This document shows, in pieces, positions 1 through 11,289 of a stretch of DNA of 64,000 nt (position 1 is the first letter of the stretch; every line of letters starts with the position of its first letter). The position numbers and the translations under genes are program-made. A model generated the notes under the pieces. It made no database searches, was not told the DNA's origin, and worked only from the letters and a program-made list of their open reading frames with translations. The stretch is taken from positions 19,479,657 through 19,543,656 of the forward strand of contig CM119266.1 in NCBI GenBank assembly GCA_051294375.1, in the 5' to 3' direction. The DNA is from Paraspadella gotoi. Its lineage: Eukaryota; Animalia; Chaetognatha.

Positions 1-81
1 GAGATGGTGACAGAAAATCACAGAAAAATGTAAAAATGATAAAAAAAACTTTTTTACTGTATATTTTGATAACATTTTCAG

Positions 82-1926
82 AAAGCGTATATGGTGATGT
101 CGTGTTTGTTTGTGATCGCCTGTCTTTCTCAAGTCTGGATTTTCCCCACCGTCCGAGTCATCGATCCAGATGATCCCAAAAGGCCCTGTCGAGGGGATCA
201 GACCTTCATATTCTGGTGGAACATGGTCAACATCTTCAGGTCAATTAAAATAAGTAAATTTTTTTAAAATTTTGTGATTTATTTATGTAATTATTTATTA
301 ATTCATTCATTCAATTATTTCATTATTTGCGATCGCTTATTAAAAGTTGTCTTTGTTGGAAGTGTAGCTGATTTTTGTTTACGTACATATTAGAAGATTT
401 TGATATTCGGTCGTGCTTCAGTGACGCATTTCCCGATGATCAGTTTTGATCACGCATGCGCAATGCGCATTAAGAATTTTTATGCAGTATTATTCGAGTT
501 ATGAGTGGGATAGACCGACCGACCGACCGAAAATTTTTTAATTGAGCTGCTCTGAGAGTACACGCGGCGCCCCAAAAAAACGAATAAAAATTATGAACAT
601 TTATTACGAGGCGACATTTAGTGATCATACAAAAACAAAACCAAAAACAGAAAACTCACTGTTCCACCAGGCGATGCCAATTTTTTTATGTTCAAAATAA
701 AAGTTGGAAACTGTTATTGTAAATCGCTATAGCGATTTACTATACGGTATACCTATAAAATCCTTGGGTCTTTGGTCTTGGACCAGTTTTTGTCTGTTTT
801 GATTTTTGACCTCTTTCTCTCTCTCTCTCGCTCTCTGTCTCTCTGTCTCTACTTGAAAGTTTTTCTTTGTTACCTTTTTTCGTTATATCTACTGATGATG
901 ACTTAGCAATTAAGTCGAAATATTTCTAAAAAAATTGTTTCTGTTATGTACTATATTTCCCCATATTGAAAATATACTCGTATATCTTTTTTATTAATTT
1001 TTTTCTGGTACTTTATTTCTTTATTACTAGGATTTGTTTTTATTATTTCTTCAATTTCAATCTTTATTTCATTTATACCTGATCTTGCCTTTTTCCTTTA
1101 CCTAAAATAAAAATTTTGGTATTGTTTTAATTTTAATTTAATAAAAAACTTAAAAATAAAAAAAATTGTGAGAAAATAACAGTTGAAAGCGATTGTATTG
1201 TATTGTATTGATCTAAATGAACGATTTCGATTTGTCGGGAATAGAGTACGAATTGTGTGAAGCGTCCTTTATTTATAGACATTTATAAATTTTTTTAAGA
1301 ACAATTTGTTAGCCTTATTTTCCCTAAGCGCCTCAATTCTTCTTAAATTTGAAATTAAGTTAATTTTTAGGTTTAAAAGTTAGATTTAAAAATTAGGTTA
1401 TGAATTAGTTTAAGGATTATGCTTAGAGTTTAGAGTCAGAAGCAGGTAATAGTAATCTGAGTTTTAAAAATAGAATAATTAAAATTAAATTCATAAAGAT
1501 AAAGGAATAGAAATGGGGCGCTTTGGGAAAAGAGAGCCCGATTGCCTTTCCCTAATTAAACCTGAAATTTAAACCGTTCCGTTTTTTTTTATTATTAGCT
1601 TTTTAGTACCTGGAATATTCATAATAATATCAAACGTCATCATTATCTTGACAATGAGGAGAGAAAATCGAATCCGCGGCGAATTCATGACTGAGGTACT
1701 CACAAATCACAATGATGATTTAAATTAATAATATTTAAAAGTAGACCCGAAGGCGGATAAATCAATGTTTAACATTAAAAAAAAATAAAAAAAAAATTTC
1801 AGCGTCAAAGCTCAAGTCTGAATCGTCGTGTAACAGTTACTCTTGTCTGCGTCTCGTTTGGATTCGTTATCACCACTCTGCCGGAAGCACTATGGGCCGA
1901 CGTGAGAGAGAGAGAGAGAGAGAGGA

Positions 1927-1974
<48 letters not shown>

Positions 1975-2394
1975 TCTACAATGGCTTTCGTTCTTATGTA
2001 GGTCGTTCGTCGCCATTTTTCGGAAGGAACGTTTAAAAAAAAGCAAGACTCACTGATGTCCATTCAGCTTTTTTTGTATCTGCTACAGAATCTTAACTAC
2101 AGTAGCAACTTCTTCATTTATTCCTTTCGTTTTAATCAATTTAGCAAGGTACTGTCAAACGTATATTTTTTCCATTAATTGTTATCTTCTGCGATTAAAT
2201 TTTAATTTCCTTTTTTTTTTTTTTCAGTTAATGGATTTGCGCTTCCAGCGAATCTATTCCACAGTCATCGCGGGACTGAGCACGACGTTTTCCAAAACGA
2301 GCGCGAGATCGCGGACAACTAACGACGGTTCGAGAAGAAATCAAGGTATCAATTCCTGCTTGCTTGCTTCCTTGCTTGTCCATTCTTAGCGTGA
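82..2394 (+). CDS. Rhodopsin-family (class A) peptide-type GPCR, 3' part (TM4 to C-tail); 5' exons lie outside the window
   Basis: Phase-compatible GT-AG exons at about 82-239, 1599-1696, 1803-1901, 2002-2148 and 2228-~2394. They translate to KAYMVMSCLFVIACLSQVWIFP (TM4), ECL2 with Cys (KRPCRGD), SFLVPGIFIIISNVIII (TM5), RRVTVTLVCVSFGFVITTLP (TM6), LLQNLNYSSNFFIY (TM7, NFxxY variant of NPxxY) and a helix-8-like FRFNQF. Exact C-terminal end uncertain. Confidence 0.8.
719..740. repeat. Perfect 22-bp palindrome GTAAATCGCTATAGCGATTTAC in a GPCR intron
   Basis: Self-complementary sequence read directly. A (GACC)n tract lies nearby at ~513-530, so this may be part of a non-autonomous element. Confidence 0.7.
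1310..1540. mobile_element. MITE-like element with imperfect terminal inverted repeats and a degenerate TTAGG-like interior
   Basis: Left end ccttattttccctaagcgcctcaatt pairs imperfectly with right end aatggggcgctttgggaaaagagagc. Similar ends or interiors occur at ~3670-4010 and ~16430-16520. Confidence 0.45.
1904..1970. repeat. (AG)n microsatellite in a GPCR intron
   Basis: Direct reading. Confidence 0.95.
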
Positions 2395-3107
2395 CAGGGA
2401 TGATTACGTTCCCAGATAACCTGGATCCCAACGATTTCAACTTGAACGAAGTCCGTCAAGACAACAACTGAAGCAGAAGAGAGAAATCCCTTTACCAAAT
2501 TATCCATTGGAGGTTATTCGACGAAAGTATTACTATAAATACTACTACTATTGTTATTATTAGATCCAGTATCTATCTTTGCTTGTTTTTATTTTCATTG
2601 GAAGGAGTTTTTCGTGAAAATGTAGTCATTGCTATTGTACTTTTCCCTTTAATCGACTTTTTTGTTATTTGTGAGCCAAACATATGTCATGTTCTCCATT
2701 CATTTATTATTGTTACGTATATATCATTGTTGAAGGCGTAAATAGACCTTTTTTTTCGACGAATCTAATTCTGTCAATTATCTCTTTATTCGAACCTTAC
2801 CGAAAAACATAAGCTTACGTAGTTTAGATAAGTTATTTATAATTTAGAAATAATGACGTCGTTCGTTGTTAACGCGAAAGGATCTTTGGAGCGAATGCTA
2901 CAAGAAGATCAGCGGGGAAACAATCCCGTCCTCAAGTTTCTCGCCGATTTGGAAAGAAAAACTGGAATATCCAGGTGGCGGGAGTCTTGAACCTTTTCTC
3001 GTTAGTCAAAGCAATTATTATATGAGATCCAGAAGTAAAAAAAAAAAACTAGCATCGAACAACCAAAGAATGTTTTTTTTTCCGAGCTAAAATCATAATT
3101 ATGCTTA

Positions 3108-3642
3108 ATGAAAGGAGAAAAGTCTTGTCGGATGTCTACAGCAAGGTTCATTTTCCAAATAGCAGCATAATTGAATAATTATTAATATTATCCGAAAGAT
3201 GACGAATCGATGCTCTTTTGTTTCTAAGGCTGCACATCGTTCTTCTCACAGTCGTCGTCCTCTCCGGCGCTGTACTTTTCGGTTTCGCCGCCCACATTAT
3301 CTCCAATATCGTCGCCTTCGCGTATCCTGCATACGCCTCCTACAAAGCTATCGAAGCGCTTTCGCCCGTAGTGTAACCAATCAAAATGGATTGATATTTA
3401 TTCCAATATTTTCATTTTATTTTATCTTTCGCCTCTAGGATGAAGGGAAGAAGTGGCTGACCTACTGGGTCGTCATCGCTTGCTTCCTCATTATTTTTGA
3501 ATCTTACGAGGAAGTAACGGCCACGATTCCCTTTTATTATCCCTTGAAATGCGCTTTTGTTCTCTGGCTCATGATTCCTGGACCGAGTAATGGATCCATG
3601 GTCATCTACGACCAAGTCGTCCGTCCGTTAGCGCAAAGGTGA
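3108..3642 (+). CDS. REEP5: REEP5/6 (DP1/TB2/Yop1)-like ER-shaping protein, 3 exons
   Basis: Exons 3108-3145, 3229-3367 and 3439-3642 give ...HIISNIVAFAYPAYASYKAIEALSPDEGKKWLTYWVVIA...IPFYYPLKCAFVLWLMIPGPSNGSMVIYDQVVRP. YPAYxSxKAIE and WLTYWVV are hallmark TB2/DP1/HVA22 motifs. Paralog assignment tentative. Confidence 0.85.
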
Positions 3643-5039
3643 CTGAGTGATAAGCAGTTGGCGATCGGGCACTATTTTCCGAGTGTGACCAATTTCTGTT
3701 CTTTTTCACTGAACTTAACTTTAATATTTAAATTTATTCTAAATGTTTTTTTTCCGATCTGTAAGCTTTATTTTTAACCTTAACTTAGTCCTTAACCCAA
3801 ATCCTTATCACTAATTCCTACCGCTAATCCTTATATTTATCCATAAATTTTATTCTGTAATCATTAACCTTAATTAAATTTTTAACCTGATTTTTAAACT
3901 TTATCCTTAACCAAATCCTTATATTTATCCCTATTTCTTAATATAATTTTAAAATTTTAAAATATTAAATCTAAATTTAGATTGAAATAAGAGGCTTGGA
4001 AAAGATGGCCGGCTATAGCTTATACCTAAATTTATTACAAATATTAATTTAGTGTTATCGGTTGCATCGTCAATAAGAATTTTTTATTTGTTGAATTATC
4101 AAAAAATTTATCTATTGGAACTAATTTTAAAAATAAATTCATAATCAATAGTCTTGTGATCCAACATGTTTAAATTTTAGAAACGAAAACCGCATAGACA
4201 CTGTGATTTTAAGTGCTGGGATGTCGATGGAAGAGTTATATGAAAACGTCAGTCAAGTGAGTATAATGTATTTAGAAGCATCCGCTACAGGACGAGAGAA
4301 AAAATCAGTACCCACTGAATGGTTGGTGTGCCCGTAGTTCCAATCTGTTGATAGGCAATCCGCAAAGCCTTAGCTTGTGATCTTCTAGTGATTAAACGAA
4401 GAGATAAATCTTTTTGCATTATGAAGAGTTGGAGAAGGATGCCTTAAGAAAAGCATCCCGTGGTTGAGAAGAATGTAGCATCGCGCGACGCTTTCTTTGT
4501 CCCAAGGTGGCCACTGACGTGACAAGCGATGCGATCGAAAGGGCTCAGCAAAGGCGCGGCGTCAACCTCAACCTGGCGTACGGACGTTAAATTTTTATCG
4601 TCTCAATCGCTTTGCGTTTGCGACGATTTTGTAACGATTTTGCACATAAGTCGTCGTCGTCGTCGTCGTCGGCGTTCCAACTTATCGATTGCCTTTTTCA
4701 TGATTAAATTTGAGTTTATGAAGCTGAAAATTTATATACAGCTTCTCATCATTGAGGTCCTTGAAATTGGGTGAGGACAGTTATTAAATATGTTTTGTTT
4801 ACGTTTTATCAAAACAAACAAATTTCCTTTATTATTTTTATGTCTCCTTCTCTCTCTCGTTTCTCTTTTAATTATATGTAGCTCTCTCTCTCTCTTTTCC
4901 CCAGGCAGCTGGCTCTGCGGGGGATTTTTCTTTTTCTCTCTTTTCTCCTGCTGCTTCTGCTGCTGCCTTTTGATTTCTCTCTTTTTTTCTGGCTGCCTCT
5001 GCTGCTGCCGCTGCTGATTCGTCCGAAAACGATTTGGCT

Positions 5040-5077
<38 letters not shown>

Positions 5078-5150
5078 TCTCTCTCACTCTCTTTCTCTCT
5101 CTCTCTTTCTCTGTCTTTCTCTCTCTCTTTCTTTCTCTCTTTTTTTTTCT
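5040..5150. repeat. (CT)n microsatellite and pyrimidine-rich low-complexity tract
   Basis: Direct reading. Confidence 0.9.
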
Positions 5151-7027
5151 CAGGGGCTGCGTCCGCTGATCAGTTTATTTGACAATAAAATTTTTTCATA
5201 AACTGTATACGTAAATTTAATTTTCCTCGGTACTTCATTATTTTTTTTAATTGACAATCGCAAAATAGGATTTTTCTTTCTGTTTATAAATTAATTTTCT
5301 TTTCTCAAATTTGATTTTTTTTAGTATCAAAATTTGTCGTCAATCCAGATTCTTCTTATGCAATTGCGACGATCCTTATGATTTTAAGATTTTTTTTATA
5401 CATAAAGATTTGTTCAGGCCCAAAATCCATTCATTTATTTATTCATTTATATAGGTTTTACCAATTTCATAACTCGCCAATAAAACGTATGAAAGTACAA
5501 CCTCTATTTCATGTAGCTAATTCTTCTTGTATAAGTTTGACTTCAAAGAAATGCAGAGATACAGTAGAACAGAGTTTAAAACTTTTGCAAAATTTTGTAA
5601 TTGTATTTTTTCATCGAGATCGATTCGTGAACATACAGTAATCATAAAAAATCCAGCATAATGTTTATTACGTATTCACAAAGTTCGTTAGTTATGCAAT
5701 AAGATGAAGCAAAAATGAAAAAAATGATTAAAAAACCCATAATAAATCCAATTATCAGTAACTATTAAACTTTAATAGCGCCGCGTAGTGAAAATTATTA
5801 ATCAATTTTAGTCAAAATTCTTGTGTCAAAATTCTAAAAGTGAAGTATTATAAATATACCGGCAAAGTATTTATCGTATCATAAACAATAAATAGTTTAA
5901 ATTTTCAAGTAGCCTTTTGTATGATTTTATAACATATTTGGAAATGTAATAAAAAGGAATACAACTCTTTTTCATCATCAAGTGGGTCAAAATTATAAAA
6001 AACTTTCTTAATTTTTTTAATGCATTCATTGAGATTCACCGCAAAAATTCAATTAAAAACGTAAAAAAAAAATAGGATATTATATATTTATAAAAAACAG
6101 AAATTCAAAATATTAAAAATAAAAGTATTTTACATAATAATTTTCTTTTGCATTATACCCTTAAAGTTTTTTCAAAAAAATTAATTTTTTTTTCTTTATA
6201 ATTTTAAAATAAAAGCATTCATATTAATATAATCTATAATGTATTTAATTTGAGATAAAAAAAAACAAAAAACATATTTTTTTAATATTGTTTAAGGTTG
6301 ACTTATCGAATTTTGATATTTTTGAATTTTAAGAATGAAACTGGAAATGTAAAAAAAAAAATAAAACAATCATGTTGCGAATCATAATTTTTTTCCGCCT
6401 TATTTCCGTTATCAAATCACGACTAAAAACCTTTCTCTGTCTAATAATGTATTATTATTATGAATCATAATTATAATGAGCCAGAATTTTTTAATAAGTT
6501 AAAATTGTATCATGAGTCAGAATTATATCATAAATCAAAATCATATCATGAGTCATAGGTGTTATTAGAATTATATCTTTTAGAGAGAAATACAAAGTTT
6601 CTATGTTAACTAAGTTTTGATCAAATAAAAGATCGTTTTTTGTTAACAAACAAACTCCGTTTTTCTCTCTAAATCTACAAACGCAAAGAAAAGAAAGTTT
6701 AGCACAATGTCAATGAAATTATATCAAAATAAAGTTATGAGTTTAAGTTAAACCATTAAAAATTAAAATTGTATTCATTAAAATTGGGTCAATAGTTTGA
6801 ATTATGTCACAAGTTGCGGATATCTTAAATCTCAGTATTAATGAGGTTATGAATCATATGCAATTTTAATAAATCATCATGAGCATTGAGCAATGAGCAT
6901 CATTATTGAACAATTATATTATAAATCAAAATATATTATATATTACAAAACGCGACATTGTTTGTACAACTGTCAACCTGATTTTTCAATCGATAATTTT
7001 CATTTCGTCCTGTTTTCATTTCTCGCT

Positions 7028-9868
7028 TTATTCTAGCCAAACGCAGATATCCTTTGAGCAAGTAAGACCCGCCTCACAAGGACAAAGTGGAAACATTCGG
7101 TTCCCGGGAAATGGAACGAGATGCGACCGTGGATGGCAACTTTGCTTATATTTTCTGCCGATAAAAGGAAAAGATAACGTTAGCGTCCTTGACCTCTAAA
7201 AGCTTTTATTCTAGCTCATTAGTGTGTATTCACTCTGAGTGTTCGAAGCCCCTAGCGCCATCAGGTGAGCATCTTAGGCAACCCGGCGACATTAGACTTT
7301 AGACAAGTTACACTTAAGTCTCACTCGTGATATTTTTTTTATTCGATATATTATGTTATATGTATTATAAACAGTTTTACGCCTTTGTACTCCGATAGTT
7401 TTTACCTTAGTTTTTTGCATTCTTTAACGACCCCTCCGAAAAAAAGAGGTAGGCAGCATTCGTCTGGACCGCATCCTTGATCGTTTGTACAATCGGTCTG
7501 ATTAAGAGATTATATAAAACATTTTATAACTAATAATGACGGATCGGCCTACAATAATTTTATTGACTGATTAAGCGGTTTGATTGAGTGATTGATTGAT
7601 AATTTTTTATTTTTTCAATTTTAAAAACAGATCGATAGTTTTAAACTTTTAATAAACTTAATTAAGTCATTTTTAAATGCTAAATGTTAAAAGGTGAAAT
7701 GTAAAAACAGGATAAATATAAAAAATAATAATAAAAAAAATGAAGAAAATTATAAAATAACTTAAAAAAAAAAGAAAAAAAAAAGGAAATGAAAAAGAAA
7801 AAAAAAGAAAATGAAAAAGAAAATAAAAGGAAATGTCGCATCTCAAGGGATGAAGCTGACGACGAAGAACGAAACGACGGAAATAAATCAAATTCACGGA
7901 TTGATTTTTAACCACCTCACAAAAAATAACAAAAAAAAAATCAGAAAACAGCATAAAAAAAATTATTTAATTAGGATTATCAAAACTATCCATATATCAT
8001 TGATATATCAAAAAATATGTTAAGCAATCAATCATTTAATCAAACGATTAATCGGTCGATCAATAATTTGATTACCGCGTGAGCGTATCAAAGATTGTTT
8101 GCTCGGACTCGTTAACGTATTATATTAATAATAATGAATTATAGAGCCGAATTACGCGGTAAGCAGATCCGGCTTAAAAAAAATTAGTTTCAACTCGGAT
8201 CTATCTTTGGTTTTGCTTCGGTTAATCGAGATATCGATGGACGAACCTGAAATCTCATTTGTCTCTTGTGCGGTGTCATCAAAGCCTCAGTCTCGTTGCG
8301 TCTTTCCAGTCCTTCCATCATTTGTTCGTGACTTTTAACCTCTTCGTTTCCAACTGTCCCATATTCGTTTCCGATTCTTCCTCGCGACGAAAGGAAATCA
8401 TTCGCTTTCTTGATGAAATCTTCGGGATTCTCAACTTCCTCTCGAAAATCTCCTCCCCAATTTTCAAATTTTCCGCGGAGCTGACTGTGTCGACGGGGAA
8501 TTCCGTGCTTAACATCTGGGCGCCGGGTTTCGGAGAGGAAGTCGTACGAGCGCCAGGTGTCGGGGCGCCAGGAATTGACTTGTTTAACGTCTCGATCATT
8601 TCTGGGAGGCGTCGGTGCTGGCGGGGAAGGCCGCAAAAATCCAGCGGTGATCTGAATTTCATAAAGGCTCATTTATGTATTAATTATTCCGACAAATTCA
8701 TAGTTCATTGCTGATTCCTGAAGTCAACCACAACAACAAAACCATCAAATCTGTAAGATGAACCGAAATTTTTAAACAGTTAATTTTTTTTTTGGTAAAA
8801 ATATATCTTCTAACAGGTCCTTTTTAAATGCAAAAAAGTTTCTTTTTTGAATTTCGTCCATGCCATTGATGAGCGCATAACTAAGAAAGTAAGCAAGCTG
8901 GACCACTGGGAGTTGGAAAATAAAAAACGTCAGCGAATTTTTTACCAGGGTGCAAAACCAGAAGTTTTTATCACAAATAATACAATATTTGATCCTTTCA
9001 CTCCTATTTGAAATCCGTGTACGATCATTTTTTAAACCCTCTTCTTCTTCTTAAAATCTAAACCAATGTTATGTATAATATAAAAAATAAAAAGAAAGAA
9101 AGAAAGAAGAGATGAAAGGAAGAATTAAAGAAAGAACAAAGACAAACAATTACCGCTGTGAGTCCATTTAACCGTTGGTGGATGGTTTTTGCAGGGAAAC
9201 GATTCTCCAATTCTTTTGATTTAAATGGCTCATCCGCAAAGATTCTGATAATAAAATACTACTTTTTAAATTGATGCAATTGATATGTACAATTGTACAT
9301 ACATGAAAACCTTTTGAAACCTGCCGCTAATGTTAGATATATATAAATGATGTTACGTTGTTTGTATTCCCATTTAGAACGACGGAAATTTAAACAATTT
9401 TTGATTACAAACTTTTTTTCCCAATATGGGTCCGAGAGATAGTCATACTCTTCGAATTCCTTCAAACCAATTTGATCCAAGTTCTTTTGATTCAAAACCG
9501 ATTTTCGTGTGTCGTGCTCTGCAATCAAAACAAGGAGAGTAATGAAGAAAGTAGACGTAATTCTTATTTAATAATCAGGACTTATTTTGCCATTTTAAAT
9601 TTAGAATTAGGTTGATTTTTTAGTTAAAAAACAGAAACGTGAAAGGAAAGCCACAGAAACGGCACAGAAATTCTTAATTGATTATTTTACCTGAAACGGA
9701 AGGAAGCGGTAAAGCTCGTATCACAGATGCTCTATTGTTTCTCGTCCTCACTTCGCGATCCCCGTGAACGGCGGCGACGATTACGACGACCAAGCTCAAC
9801 AACTGTGAAACTCTTCTCCAGGGCGCCACTAGAATGTTTTTAGATGCAAACTTGCCACAAGTAGACAT
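7028..9868 (-). CDS. Secreted prokineticin/astakine-like (colipase-fold, 10-Cys) precursor with a long N-terminal pro-region
   Basis: The last two exons, 7497-7406 and 7154-7028, join in phase 2 to give TDCTNDQGCGPDECCLPLFFGGVVKECKKLRKYKQSCHPRSHLVPFPGNRMFPLCPCEAGLTCSKDICVWLE*. This has 10 Cys and a prokineticin-type CHPxSHxVPF...CPC motif. Upstream exons 9868-9691 (signal-like LLSLVVVIVAAVHG), 9518-9413, 9244-9154 and 8651-8247 are phase-compatible but less certain. Confidence 0.75.
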
Positions 9869-10009
9869 ACCTTTTTAAAATACGCTGTTTTACGTTAAAA
9901 TTTATTTTTTGCAAGGTATGTATGTATGTAGTATATTATTATTTTCAAAGTGTTTGAAGTAAAGTAAAATGCATAGAGAAAGTTCCGGCAAGGGAACCAA
10001 CTTGACTCA

Positions 10010-10041
10010 ACTGCGTCCAATTCTCCGCTCAGCCTTTTATA
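10010..10041 (-). promoter_or_regulatory. TATA box plus initiator-like element of the prokineticin-like gene
   Basis: Minus-strand TATAAAAG at 10041-10034, with an Inr-like GCAGTT whose A (10012) is 29 nt downstream. About 145 nt upstream of the ATG at 9868. Confidence 0.5.
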
Positions 10042-11244
10042 CTCTGGCGAAGCGCGACGTGGTTGTCGCCGTTGGCGTCGCTTCGGTGGATTTTCTTCGC
10101 TCCATCGGACAAACAAATGGCCTCGAATCTTCGAAAAGAGGGTGGCGACTTTGAGAACGGGGTCATGAAGGAAAAGGAAAAGGAATCATAGTTGTTATGA
10201 CGGAGGGATTTTACGATTTTTTGCAATCTTCGTAAAGGAATCATTTCGCGTTAATAAAATTATCATATTAATGTTCGGGAGACGAGATATCATTAAATTT
10301 AATTAACCGGCACCCTACATAGTACGGTCGAAGACGAGCACCCGTCTAACGCCCGCGGCGTGAACATTAGAAGCCTATTTCCAGCGCGCGTTATAACAGG
10401 TAAATTGGACATTAACGAAGCAGCTAACGACCGGTTCAACGATCCATTTGACGAGCTTAGCGGACGTCAAGCGAAAGAAACGCTAATTTGCGAATCAATT
10501 CTTTCATATTTGCGACCTGCTAGTGTCGTTAGTTTCGACAAAGACCCGTTGTGACCAATAATGTCGTTTTAGTCGTAGTTGTTTGCTAGTTCGATATGCC
10601 TTCTCCACATTACGAATTACCGCATACTATTCAATTAATTCACTATTTTTAAATTTAAATAGCCTCGTTCAAGAAACGATTTCGAATCGAGCAAGGATGC
10701 AAAAAACAACGATGATGAACATTTTACATTGTACATTGTACAATGTATGTAAATATATATAAACGGCTACCATTACAAAAAAACTTAAAAGAAATTAAAA
10801 TTTTTGTGGTCGCTATAACGACGAACGATAACTAAAACGACAACGGCGATAAGGACACGCGTTAGTAATAGAATAAAACACAATAGAAACCATTGTTTTT
10901 ATTGAAGATCCGCTGCATCCCGGTAACGAATTTTTTCGTGAAGATTGAAGTGTGTCGATTGTGTCTTGTTGTTGCTGAGAGTGTTCCTCTGTATTTTTAT
11001 GAATCACATAAAATAGAATCGAATTAAAAAGAGAGAAGTGATTAAATCATAACATGATAACAACCATGCTCGATTATAATTATAATACATGCCATACCAA
11101 AAGAGCTCTGCATCGAAAAGGGATTTCTATTCCTCTATGTCGGGACCAGTTAAGCATTGAGATAACGTCTCTCTTATCAATGAGGCTTTTCAAAGGGATT
11201 TTGTTCAAGATTCCACAACGGCTTTCCCATTCTCACTGGAAAAC

Positions 11245-11251
11245 TATAAAT
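11245..11251 (+). promoter_or_regulatory. Candidate TATA box of the astacin gene
   Basis: TATAAAT 45 nt upstream of the ATG at 11290. Confidence 0.4.
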
Positions 11252-11289
11252 AATCAACGAGCTCTTTGTTAACCTTTGCGGATTTTAAA

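Noticed and set aside
4260-5020. Possible gene in the GC-richer patch between REEP and the prokineticin-like gene
   Set aside because: No coherent spliced ORF or recognisable motif could be assembled on either strand. Left unannotated.
7028-7497. Dickkopf Cys2 domain
   Set aside because: Same fold and Cys count, but CHPxSHxVPF and CPC match prokineticins, and no Dkk Cys1 domain is seen upstream.
82-9868. GPCR and prokineticin-like gene as a linked receptor-ligand pair
   Set aside because: The TM6/TM7 motifs of the GPCR do not resemble prokineticin receptors. Proximity alone is not evidence.
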